IMG/VR virus record: IMGVR_UViG_3300014775_000324
Span: 1 to 27,296 of that record
Strand: one strand, 5' to 3'
Source: a virus
Lineage: Duplodnaviria > Caudoviricetes
Length of the DNA stretch: 27,296 nt
This document shows positions 17,802 to 24,989 of the stretch, in pieces (within the stretch, counting starts at the first letter, position 1; each line of letters starts with the position of its first letter). Made by a program: the position numbers and the translations under genes. Under the pieces are notes generated by a model. The model was not told the origin of the DNA. It saw nothing but the letters and a program-made list of their open reading frames with translations, and searched no databases.

Positions 17802-18050
17802 CTAATCTACAAACAATGGTAAGTCCTCATTGATTGTAATATCCTTAGTTTCTTTTGGTTTACCTATGTAGTATTCTAAGTAAAGTTTAATCCAACGTAT
17901 GTCGCCAGACTCTACACCTGTTTTTAAAGCTTGTAATGCAGTATCTTCTAATGGTGATAATCTTTCTACAAGTTTTATTTCATCACTCTTAGGTTTTCTT
18001 CCTGCGAATCCTTTTGTAGAATGTCCTCCATTATTCTTTCTACCATCCAT
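17802..18050 (-). CDS. terS: Putative terminase small subunit
   Basis: 82 aa directly upstream of terL, basic NNGGH...AGRKPK N-terminus. Confidence 0.6.
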   Translation of the reverse strand: MDGRKNNGGHSTKGFAGRKPKSDEIKLVERLSPLEDTALQALKTGVESGDIRWIKLYLEYYIGKPKETKDITINEDLPLFVD

Positions 18051-18077
18051 AATTAAAAAAGATTAATTAATTAATTA

Positions 18078-18104
18078 TACAATAAACTTTTTAACTATTT
18101 GTTA
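18078..18104 (-). promoter_or_regulatory. Putative late promoter TAACAAA-N14-ATTGTA (terminase operon)
   Basis: Exact motif, 27 nt upstream of ATG 18050. Confidence 0.75.
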
Positions 18105-18549
18105 ATTCAAATTGTTCAGCTAGTTCTGGGTTAACCTTTTTTAATTGTGCTTGCAAGTACTTATATCTTATTTCTATATCTTTATTTTTTTTATCTAATA
18201 TCTTATATTGTCCTTCCCAAAACCCTTCTAATGTTTGTGCTTTTGTAAATGCTTCAGGATTTAATTCTTTAGCCCTATTGAATCTTTCACTTAATATTAA
18301 ATAGTCCTGCTCAAATTCTTTATCAAATTTAATCCAGTCTTTAGCTTTTCTTGTAAAATATAATACAGTAGCATGATCTTTATCCATTGTTTTACCTATT
18401 GCACTTAATGAGTAATGTGTATTATCTCTTAATAGTTTATAATAGATTGCTCTTGCTTCTATATATGGTCTACGTCTTGTTACTTTAGTAATATCTAATT
18501 TATAATAATCTTCTATTATTTCCCTAACTATTCTTTGTGTGTTCGTCAT
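18091..18549 (-). CDS. DnaA C-terminal (domain IV)-like HTH protein
   Basis: TRRRPYIEAR...YSLSAIGKTMDKDHATVLY matches the DnaA domain IV signature (SLxxIGxxxxRDHTTV). Confidence 0.8.
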   Translation of the reverse strand: MTNTQRIVREIIEDYYKLDITKVTRRRPYIEARAIYYKLLRDNTHYSLSAIGKTMDKDHATVLYFTRKAKDWIKFDKEFEQDYLILSERFNRAKELNPEAFTKAQTLEGFWEGQYKILDKKNKDIEIRYKYLQAQLKKVNPELAEQFELTNS

Positions 18550-18745
18550 TTTCTATTTTATTAATTATATCTTTTATTGTCATAAATCCTGCTTCGTGTA
18601 TAGCTTTTAATATTCCTGCACACGCTTCGTACTCCTCTGCTTTTTCATATAAGTCTATAGCTTCCTCTAACTCCGTAATACTTCTCCCATTAGCTATATC
18701 TAATAAAGCAAGGTTATAAAATTCATTTATTATACTTTTATTCAA
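18524..18745 (-). CDS. Hypothetical protein (73 aa)
   Basis: ORF track. UVR-like YEKAEEYEACA motif. Confidence 0.65.
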   Translation of the reverse strand: MNKSIINEFYNLALLDIANGRSITELEEAIDLYEKAEEYEACAGILKAIHEAGFMTIKDIINKIENDEHTKNS

Positions 18746-19775
18746 GAGTGTCTCTTATTACGTAAGTATTTATATCCTCTTCCATTTTGACAAAATACTT
18801 TTCAAAAATTTGTAATCCTGCTTCGAGTTTATACTTACCTGATTCATAAAAACTTTCTTCTACATCATATATTCCTAAATCTCCTGAAGATTTATCAATT
18901 ACAAAAAACTTAAAATCTTTCCAATGTATATTAAATAAATTACAGTAAATATATAATTGAACGTCGTAAGAATATTTTTTAGCTGACCATTTAAATCCTT
19001 TTAAATCACTTGTTGTTTTTAAATCTGCAATATAACCTTGTCCTAAAACATCTGCTTTAGCTCTAAAAGGATAGCCATGTAATATATCAAACGCGGGTTT
19101 TTCAAATTCCGCTCCTCTAGTTAATTCTTGCCATACATCATTTTGTAATAATGCATCCGCTGTATACATAGCTTTATCATATTCTTTTCTTGTAAATACA
19201 AAGTCAGGGCTGCCTACTTCTTTTACTTTATCTTTGTATGTTTTAGTTACGGCCGATTGAACCTCAACTATATGGCAAAGAGTATCTAATTTTTCAGGCT
19301 CTAATGCGGCTAAGTGTATTAGTCTTCCTATTTTAAATGCTCCACTATCTGATTTAAAATTTAAACTTCTTTGATAACTTTTAGGGGAATCTATTAATTG
19401 TTTTATAGCAGAACTACTTAAAGCATATTTACCTAGTTCACCATAATAAAAGCTATCATCATACATTTTTTTAATTAGCTCTTCTTTATCCCATACTTTA
19501 CCATTTAATAATTTTATTTTTTCTATTCTTTCTTTGCTTTTTATATAAATAGATTTCATATCCGCTACTGGTATAAAGCAAGTATCAGGTCCATTAAATG
19601 AAGGATTTAAATTAATTAATAATGCTTGTAATTCTTGATCAGTTGTAAATTCATAATTATCACTTCCTACAATAATATTAACACCTCCCTTTTTTTTGGC
19701 CCAATCCATAAAACCTATCTTAGGTGTTTTAAAAGTTATATGTTTCCAATCTGGTTTCTTTTCTACGTTTATCAT
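18738..19775 (-). CDS. PD-(D/E)xK exonuclease, RecE/ExoVIII-like (DUF3799), with N-terminal extension
   Basis: LSSSAIK, GRLIH, RAKAD, ADLKTT and YDVQLYIY motifs. Confidence 0.85.
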   Translation of the reverse strand: MINVEKKPDWKHITFKTPKIGFMDWAKKKGGVNIIVGSDNYEFTTDQELQALLINLNPSFNGPDTCFIPVADMKSIYIKSKERIEKIKLLNGKVWDKEELIKKMYDDSFYYGELGKYALSSSAIKQLIDSPKSYQRSLNFKSDSGAFKIGRLIHLAALEPEKLDTLCHIVEVQSAVTKTYKDKVKEVGSPDFVFTRKEYDKAMYTADALLQNDVWQELTRGAEFEKPAFDILHGYPFRAKADVLGQGYIADLKTTSDLKGFKWSAKKYSYDVQLYIYCNLFNIHWKDFKFFVIDKSSGDLGIYDVEESFYESGKYKLEAGLQIFEKYFVKMEEDINTYVIRDTLE

Positions 19776-20077
19776 TATTTATTTTTTACAAAAGTTCCAT
19801 TAATCATTTTACCCTTACGGCTTTTTATTTCTGCATAAGCTGATTCTATACAACCCTCAATACTTAATCCGCACAACTCAGCTAAATTAGTTAATACTAC
19901 TACACAATCCCCTATTGCATCTTCTATTTCAAATTTATTACTATTCAATATAGCTTTTGATAATTCTCCTGCTTCTTCAAGTAATTTAAGATATTGCGTT
20001 TTAGGATCCCCTTTTTCATAGATACCTCTTTCTCTTGCCCAATCTCTTATTGGTTCAAACTCGTTATTTAATATCAT
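19775..20077 (-). CDS. mazG: MazG-like nucleotide pyrophosphohydrolase
   Basis: KLLEEAGEL...DAIGDCVVVL...AYAEIKSRKG motifs. Confidence 0.88.
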   Translation of the reverse strand: MILNNEFEPIRDWARERGIYEKGDPKTQYLKLLEEAGELSKAILNSNKFEIEDAIGDCVVVLTNLAELCGLSIEGCIESAYAEIKSRKGKMINGTFVKNK

Positions 20078-20082
20078 TCTTT

Positions 20083-20841
20083 TTATTTTATTAATTCTGC
20101 TTTAATATAAGAATTACTTTTATAATTATCTAAATAATAATTATTATAGTCTCCTTTTAATTCTGGTAAATTAAATATATTATTATAAATATAATCATTT
20201 ACTGCGTCTATATGATTTAAATATATATGCGCATCAGCTAAATTTAAACCTAATGTATCGGGTATTAAATTACATTCTTTAGCTATAGTTATTAAAAATA
20301 ATGCTCCTACTATTATATCATAGGGCAAGCCTAAAAATAAATCCGAACTTCTAAAATGTATTGTTAAGTTTAATTTATTATTTATTCTTACAAAATTCAT
20401 TTGAGTATAGCAACAGGGCAAAGCTTGTTCTTCTAAGTCGCAAGGGTTCCATAAAGTAATAATTGCTCTTCTTGTATTATTTTTTATTTCATTAATACAA
20501 TATTCTACTTGATCTACTTTATTATTATAATTTTTAATTTGATAACCATAAACTTTTCCCAAAGAATTATTAATCGCAAAATCATCCCACCAGTTTACAT
20601 TGTTATTTTTTAAATACTCTAAATCAGTACGACCTTCGTATATCCATTTAAATTCGGTTAAAGCTTTATTAAAAAATATTTTTTTGCCAGTTAATATAGG
20701 AAAGCCTTTTGATAAATTAATATTTAAGGTTTTATTAAAAAGTTTAATAGTATCAACCTTTGTTCTATTTTTACAGCGCTCACCATACTGCAAAACAGTA
20801 AGCAATAATTCTTTATAATCTAATTCAAATTTATTGCTCAT
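20083..20841 (-). CDS. thyA: Thymidylate synthase family protein with Asn177-to-Asp substitution (possible dCMP methylase/hydroxymethylase)
   Basis: NRT, EFKW, VYG, TRR, ALPCC (C144), FRSSDLFLGLPYD (D175) and DAHIY align to E. coli ThyA C146/R166/D169/N177/H207/Y209 with a constant -2 offset. Confidence 0.9.
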   Translation of the reverse strand: MSNKFELDYKELLLTVLQYGERCKNRTKVDTIKLFNKTLNINLSKGFPILTGKKIFFNKALTEFKWIYEGRTDLEYLKNNNVNWWDDFAINNSLGKVYGYQIKNYNNKVDQVEYCINEIKNNTRRAIITLWNPCDLEEQALPCCYTQMNFVRINNKLNLTIHFRSSDLFLGLPYDIIVGALFLITIAKECNLIPDTLGLNLADAHIYLNHIDAVNDYIYNNIFNLPELKGDYNNYYLDNYKSNSYIKAELIK

Positions 20842-21094
20842 TGTTGTAATTATTTAAAGCAGCTATATATCCAACCGCATCTAATAAAGTATCTTCTTTT
20901 AAATTATATGCCATTCTACTAATTTTTAATGCAATCATACATTTATAAAAATCTTCTGTGGTTATTTCTTTATTGCATAACTCACTTGCAAATAAAGCAG
21001 CTTTACGCATTGATTCATTAAAAGGACCGTACTCACGTTCTTTTTCTTCAGATCTATTATTTATAATATCATCTGCTTTTTTTAAAATATTCAT
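20831..21094 (-). CDS. DUF6378-like all-alpha protein (possible dNTP pyrophosphohydrolase)
   Basis: ILKKADDIIN.R...YG...MIALKISR...DTLLDAVGY pattern. Overlaps the start of the thyA homolog. Confidence 0.7.
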   Translation of the reverse strand: MNILKKADDIINNRSEEKEREYGPFNESMRKAALFASELCNKEITTEDFYKCMIALKISRMAYNLKEDTLLDAVGYIAALNNYNNEQ

Positions 21095-21246
21095 AATTCT
21101 AAAAATTCTGTTTGTTCTTCTATTCTTCTGTCTAATTCTTGTTGAGCACGTTGACTTTCAGCTGTTAGTCTATTAGTATTTATTATATGTATTAAATCTT
21201 GCTCTGTAAGTTCTGACCAAAACCAGTTGTTATAATTAAATTGCAT
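21091..21246 (-). CDS. Small hypothetical protein (51 aa)
   Basis: Not in ORF track. MQFNYNNWFWSELTEQDLIHIINTNRLTAESQRAQQELDRRIEEQTEFLEL, ATGA-coupled to the next gene. Confidence 0.7.
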   Translation of the reverse strand: MQFNYNNWFWSELTEQDLIHIINTNRLTAESQRAQQELDRRIEEQTEFLEL

Positions 21247-21258
21247 ATTGTTGTTTTT

Positions 21259-21267
21259 GTAAATATA
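21259..21267 (-). promoter_or_regulatory. Putative early promoter -7 box TATATTTAC upstream of the nucleotide-metabolism cassette
   Basis: Intergenic, followed by AAAAACAAC leader as at 16577. Confidence 0.45.
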
Positions 21268-21272
21268 AACAA

Positions 21273-21401
21273 TTATTTAACATCTTCCTCTTTTGGAAAA
21301 ACTTTTTTTTCAATTTTATCTAATCTATGTAATGCAACAACTAATGCTTTTTGTGCAAGCTTTATATCGTGTTGCATTTTAATCAGTTTTATTTCTTTCA
21401 T
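21273..21401 (-). CDS. Small hypothetical protein (42 aa)
   Basis: Not in ORF track. MKEIKLIKMQHDIKLAQKALVVALHRLDKIEKKVFPKEEDVK. Confidence 0.6.
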   Translation of the reverse strand: MKEIKLIKMQHDIKLAQKALVVALHRLDKIEKKVFPKEEDVK

Positions 21402-21534
21402 TGTAATATATTTGGTTACATACTGCAAATCTTAGGTGTGGACTTTTATATTTTTCAGCTATTACTGGGTTTAGCAGACATTTTTCCATAAACTCTAGTC
21501 GGGTTTCCCCTGTTTTTAATTTTGGTAAAAGCAT
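21379..21534 (-). CDS. Small 2-Cys protein, paralog B (51 aa)
   Basis: MLLPKLKTGETRLEFMEKCLLNPVIAEKYKSPHLRFAVCNQIYYNERNKTD, paralog of 21564..21710. Confidence 0.65.
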   Translation of the reverse strand: MLLPKLKTGETRLEFMEKCLLNPVIAEKYKSPHLRFAVCNQIYYNERNKTD

Positions 21535-21547
21535 TATTTCTATCGTG

Positions 21548-21577
21548 CTACATTTTAATTAATTTAACTTCTTTCAT
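21548..21577 (-). pseudogene. Truncated duplicate of the 5' end of 21273..21401
   Basis: MKEVKLIKM* with TAG where the intact copy has CAA. Confidence 0.6.
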
Positions 21578-21710
21578 CTTTATATATTTGATTACATACT
21601 GCAAACCTTTGATCTACAGTCCTAAATTCTTTAATCATTTCTGGGTTTATCATACATCTTTGTACAAATTTCTGTTGAGTTTCCCCTGTTTTTGGTTTTG
21701 GTAAAGGCAT
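21564..21710 (-). CDS. Small 2-Cys protein, paralog A (48 aa)
   Basis: MPLPKPKTGETQQKFVQRCMINPEMIKEFRTVDQRFAVCNQIYKDERS, TAATG-coupled to the upstream gene. Confidence 0.75.
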   Translation of the reverse strand: MPLPKPKTGETQQKFVQRCMINPEMIKEFRTVDQRFAVCNQIYKDERS

Positions 21711-21970
21711 TATTTCTGTTGTTTTAATTTTTCTATATACAATACTGCATCCATTAATTCTTCTTGCAAATGGTTTAGGAACTTGTAGAATCCGTCAGGG
21801 CTATCGTAAAGAGTTGTTCCATATTTTACTATTCCATTCCTGCTGCGTTCCCTCATTTTACTAATTACCAATTCTACAATTACGTCTTTATACCTATCCT
21901 TATAAGTACTGTCCATTGTCCATCTGTCGCCAAATTGCATTTCTACCCACTTTCTTAAACTATCACTCAT
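21710..21970 (-). CDS. Hypothetical protein, possible all-alpha NTP pyrophosphohydrolase fold
   Basis: GIVKYGTTL...HLQEELMDAVLYIEK contains an EExxD acidic motif. Confidence 0.55.
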   Translation of the reverse strand: MSDSLRKWVEMQFGDRWTMDSTYKDRYKDVIVELVISKMRERSRNGIVKYGTTLYDSPDGFYKFLNHLQEELMDAVLYIEKLKQQK

Positions 21971-22058
21971 CTTTTTTTATATTATAAAATTCCCTAACTA
22001 ACATACCTTCGATTATTCTTAAGGTAATATAACCAAGTATTATTTTAAATACCAACAT
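21963..22058 (-). CDS. Possible small hydrophobic peptide (31 aa)
   Basis: MLVFKIILGYITLRIIEGMLVREFYNIKKDE fills the gap and overlaps both neighbours. Confidence 0.35.
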   Translation of the reverse strand: MLVFKIILGYITLRIIEGMLVREFYNIKKDE

Positions 22059-22359
22059 CTATTCTAGTTTTTAATTTTTGTATTTCTTCTTCTAATTCAA
22101 TTATTTTTTTTTCAGCTGTTCTTGCTCTTTCAACTGCTCGTATTTTATCTGACCTGTACTCCGAAAGTGATTGATCGTAAAAAAACCTATCTGATATAAG
22201 GTTTTGTACATAATAACCTATTTGCACTAAAGCGGCAGTTGAATCGTTTAAAGTAATATTATCAGGATACTTCTTTTTTAATTTAAGTATTACTTCACTT
22301 ACTAAGTTGTAATTAGTGTAATACTCTAATTCTTTAAGATTATCTATTTTTTTATTCAT
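22045..22359 (-). CDS. Hypothetical coiled-coil protein (104 aa)
   Basis: ORF track, co-oriented and tightly packed. Confidence 0.75.
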   Translation of the reverse strand: MNKKIDNLKELEYYTNYNLVSEVILKLKKKYPDNITLNDSTAALVQIGYYVQNLISDRFFYDQSLSEYRSDKIRAVERARTAEKKIIELEEEIQKLKTRIDVGI

Positions 22360-22376
22360 TGTTCTTTGTTTTGTAT

Positions 22377-22784
22377 TTACAAGTATTGATTATATACAGC
22401 TTGTAAATCTTTCCATACTACTTTAGCAAAACTACAGGGCGTGCATTCAACTTTAGTTTTAAATATTCTTTCATATATTGTTTTATACGTTTCTTGTTCA
22501 TCTGGTGTAAATTTGTGCTTTTTGGTATCTACAGCCATTTTGATTAAGTCAAACTCACTTTCTGTTAAACACTCAGGCTTTTTATACCTAAACATTTTAT
22601 TTAGTTTAACTTTTCGTTCATCACAACCGCAATCTTCACCAGCTAAAAATTTAACTGCTTTCTTTATACCTGTAGCTGTTGTAATTTTTTCTACAGTATC
22701 GCCAAGCCCTTCGCTTGCCGCTGCGTATTTAGCCTTCCATTCTTTGTACTCTTTTGTACGTTTGTCGCCTTTAAATTCTGTCAT
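22377..22784 (-). CDS. Hypothetical Cys-motif protein (135 aa)
   Basis: GLGDTVEKIT...DCGCDERK and CTPC motifs, overlaps the sigma gene end. Confidence 0.75.
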   Translation of the reverse strand: MTEFKGDKRTKEYKEWKAKYAAASEGLGDTVEKITTATGIKKAVKFLAGEDCGCDERKVKLNKMFRYKKPECLTESEFDLIKMAVDTKKHKFTPDEQETYKTIYERIFKTKVECTPCSFAKVVWKDLQAVYNQYL

Positions 22785-23319
22785 AATCTTTATTTTTGTA
22801 ATCTTCGTAATCTTCTTGAAATTTATCTTTTAATTCTTGTTTTGCATTTTTTAATGAATTAAATATACTAACCCAACTTATATTAGTTTCTGAAGCTATC
22901 CCTCTAATACTTAAATCTGAGTCTCTATACAAAGTAAATAATTTTTTTTCATACCATCGCCAACCTTCAATATGTTCATCAATCATTGTGCATATTTTAT
23001 GAAAAGCTACTTGTTCATCCATTTGCGAAGCATCTGGGATCTGTAGGGTAGTTTCGTCATCATCAATAGATATTTTAACAATCTTTCTTTTACTATTATA
23101 ATATTGGAAATAGATAGAACGAAAAGTAAAATACATATACCCCCTACTAACGACACCATCTCTAATAATCTTGCTTTCATCAGCATATTTATATATAGTT
23201 AAATATCCTTCTTGTACAATATCTTCCGCATAATCATATTCGCCAAAACTTTTTACAATAGCTACCCATTCATCGTGCCTTTCAGCCACTTTAGCTAGCC
23301 ATTCAGTTGGTTTATCCAT
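22771..23319 (-). CDS. Phage RNA polymerase sigma factor (ECF/sigma-70-like)
   Basis: Region 2 AEDIVQEGYL and region 4 HTH LSIRGIASETNISWVSIFNSLKNAK, 182 aa. Confidence 0.82.
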   Translation of the reverse strand: MDKPTEWLAKVAERHDEWVAIVKSFGEYDYAEDIVQEGYLTIYKYADESKIIRDGVVSRGYMYFTFRSIYFQYYNSKRKIVKISIDDDETTLQIPDASQMDEQVAFHKICTMIDEHIEGWRWYEKKLFTLYRDSDLSIRGIASETNISWVSIFNSLKNAKQELKDKFQEDYEDYKNKDYDRI

Positions 23320-23510
23320 ATCACATTAATACTAATTATACCTAACAAACATTGTAAGGTAATTTCATCTTCGTTTTCGTATTGTTCTTTGTGATATAAA
23401 AAGCCAAACATTATACCTTTAATAGGACTAATAATAATATCTGCACCTTTGTATTGACCTGTTATAATAAACACAAAAGCAATAATTAATAAAAGCCCTA
23501 TAAGTATCAT
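23295..23510 (-). CDS. Small membrane-anchored protein (71 aa)
   Basis: Hydrophobic N-terminus, ATGA-coupled to the helicase. Confidence 0.65.
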   Translation of the reverse strand: MILIGLLLIIAFVFIITGQYKGADIIISPIKGIMFGFLYHKEQYENEDEITLQCLLGIISINVIWINQLNG

Positions 23511-24418
23511 ATATTTAGTTTTTGTATTTTAGTTTTATTGTGCATTAAATCAGTACCCATAAATTCATATCCAATATTATTTATTTTCATTCTTAATTTT
23601 AAAGGCTGTTCAAAACTAGTTGGCCTCGCTCCGGTTTCGTTTTCTTTGATTTTTAAAATATGAATATTAGCATACATCCAATCTGTAGGGTGTTGTACAT
23701 ATCTATGAATACACCATATATCGTCTGCTCGTGAACTAATCTTAGAACCACCTTCAGCATCACTCATAGCTAATGGTCTTGTTAATCCTTCGTATTCGTG
23801 TCCTGAATGATGAACTTGGCGAAGTGCTGAGGTTACACCGTGAGCGTTAACACATATTTGCACATTATTTTTTTTTGTAAATATTCTTAACTCAGTTAAT
23901 ACCTGATAATCGTACTCGTGAGCATTACCTACCATTTTTAAAATTGCAGCATCTTTAGCTAAACTGTTATAAGGATCTATTAAAAATCCATCATAATTCC
24001 AAGCATCTTTTATTTGCTGTGCTTCTTTTAATAAACTCTTATAAGTATATAAATCTTCAACTTCTATTATTTTAAAATATTCATCAGACCATTTAACAGC
24101 TTGATTTATTTGTTCATCATTAGCTTGTTGAATTGGTTTACCCATATAAAATTCTATAATCTTTCTTAATATAGACTCAGGTGTATTTTCACTTGACCAA
24201 ATTAAAAATCTTAGATTATGCAATTTGGCCCATAATACATAAAAATAAATAAGCGTTGTTGTTTTTCCTACATTTGCATGACCTATAGCTATCAATAAAT
24301 TTTTCTTAAATCTTATATGCTCATCAATTTCAGGAACACCTATTTTTAATCCTTCTTTTATTCGACCATATTTAATATCTAATATTTTATCTTGTAAGCT
24401 CTTTGCCTGTGCTATCAT
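23507..24418 (-). CDS. DnaB-like replicative helicase (RecA-fold domain only)
   Basis: Walker A GHANVGKTT, WSSEN, Walker B LIDPYN, NAH, ADDIWCIHR and KIKE motifs. Confidence 0.85.
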   Translation of the reverse strand: MIAQAKSLQDKILDIKYGRIKEGLKIGVPEIDEHIRFKKNLLIAIGHANVGKTTTLIYFYVLWAKLHNLRFLIWSSENTPESILRKIIEFYMGKPIQQANDEQINQAVKWSDEYFKIIEVEDLYTYKSLLKEAQQIKDAWNYDGFLIDPYNSLAKDAAILKMVGNAHEYDYQVLTELRIFTKKNNVQICVNAHGVTSALRQVHHSGHEYEGLTRPLAMSDAEGGSKISSRADDIWCIHRYVQHPTDWMYANIHILKIKENETGARPTSFEQPLKLRMKINNIGYEFMGTDLMHNKTKIQKLNI

Positions 24419-24561
24419 ATACTTTTAGTTATAATATTATACTTTTTTTCCATTGCCTCTGACTGACCCTCTTCTTTTGGTAAATAATATCCTAATATAG
24501 GATTTACTTTATAATTCCAAAAATCAATAGGCATTTCTTCTCCATCTTTTAATCTTTTCAT
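24415..24561 (-). CDS. Small hypothetical protein (48 aa)
   Basis: Not in ORF track. MKRLKDGEEMPIDFWNYKVNPILGYYLPKEEGQSEAMEKKYNIITKSI, ATGA-coupled to the helicase. Confidence 0.65.
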   Translation of the reverse strand: MKRLKDGEEMPIDFWNYKVNPILGYYLPKEEGQSEAMEKKYNIITKSI

Positions 24562-24569
24562 AAAGGTAT

Positions 24570-24593
24570 AAAAAAAGGGGAACTTAATCCCCT
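24570..24593 (-). terminator. Rho-independent terminator after SSB-like gene
   Basis: AGGGGA-TTAAGT-TCCCCT followed by a T-run on the minus strand. Confidence 0.8.
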
Positions 24594-24599
24594 ATTAAA

Positions 24600-24932
24600 T
24601 TAAAAAGGTAAATCTGCTGTTTCTTCTCTTGCTGGATTTTGATCTGAATTATTTACATTACCTATAGTAGCTGTTATTTTCCAGCCATTAATACTAGTAT
24701 AATATTTACCATTATATTCTTTACCCCTTAAATTAATTCCTACTGTAACTGGGTTACCTACTTGAAAGTTATTTATTGCATTAATAGATTCACCCATAAA
24801 ATCAATAGCTAAATCTTGAGGATATTTTTCTGCAGTAGTTACAACGATAGTTCTTTTTGACCACTCGTTACCTGCTTTAGAAGTTCCTGACTCAATGTCT
24901 TGAATAATTTTGATGTTTCCTGTAATTTCCAT
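24600..24932 (-). CDS. DUF3127 family ssDNA-binding protein (Bacteroidota type)
   Basis: MEITG...GTSKAGNEW...YPQ...GKEYNGKYYTSINGWKI with acidic DLPF tail. Confidence 0.85.
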   Translation of the reverse strand: MEITGNIKIIQDIESGTSKAGNEWSKRTIVVTTAEKYPQDLAIDFMGESINAINNFQVGNPVTVGINLRGKEYNGKYYTSINGWKITATIGNVNNSDQNPAREETADLPF

Positions 24933-24989
24933 ATTTCTACTTTTATTGATTGATTATTATATTTAGTTATGTAATATACTTTTTTTATT

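Larger units (their letters stand above)
21365..21716. repeat. Imperfect 176-bp tandem duplication (21365-21540, 21541-21716)
   Basis: Units align without gaps, start TATCGTG, share TTACATACTGCAAA and GTTTCCCCTGTTTTT, and end GCATTATTTC. Confidence 0.92.

Noticed and set aside
18051-18077. TTAATTAATTAATTA low-complexity palindrome before terS as a pac/cos site
   Set aside because: Simple AT repeat with no supporting evidence from sequence alone. Read-terminus data would be needed.
18945-18953. TATATTTAC copy inside the exonuclease gene
   Set aside because: Intragenic in AT-rich sequence and likely chance. It also lowers confidence in the early promoter calls.
21548-21550. TAG aligned with a Gln codon, suggesting amber recoding (code 15)
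   Set aside because: Standard-code ORFs are full length across the window and TAG ends several genes (9126, 17802, 24990). A nonsense change in a duplicated fragment is the simpler explanation.
21365-21716. Duplication as a diversity-generating retroelement TR/VR pair
   Set aside because: Mismatches are not adenine-specific (C/T, G/C and others occur) and no reverse transcriptase is present.
1075-22833. All plus-strand ORFs in the track (e.g. 5006..5509, 7432..7815, 22441..22833)
   Set aside because: Antisense shadows of minus-strand genes with Ser-rich mirror composition and no recognisable motifs.
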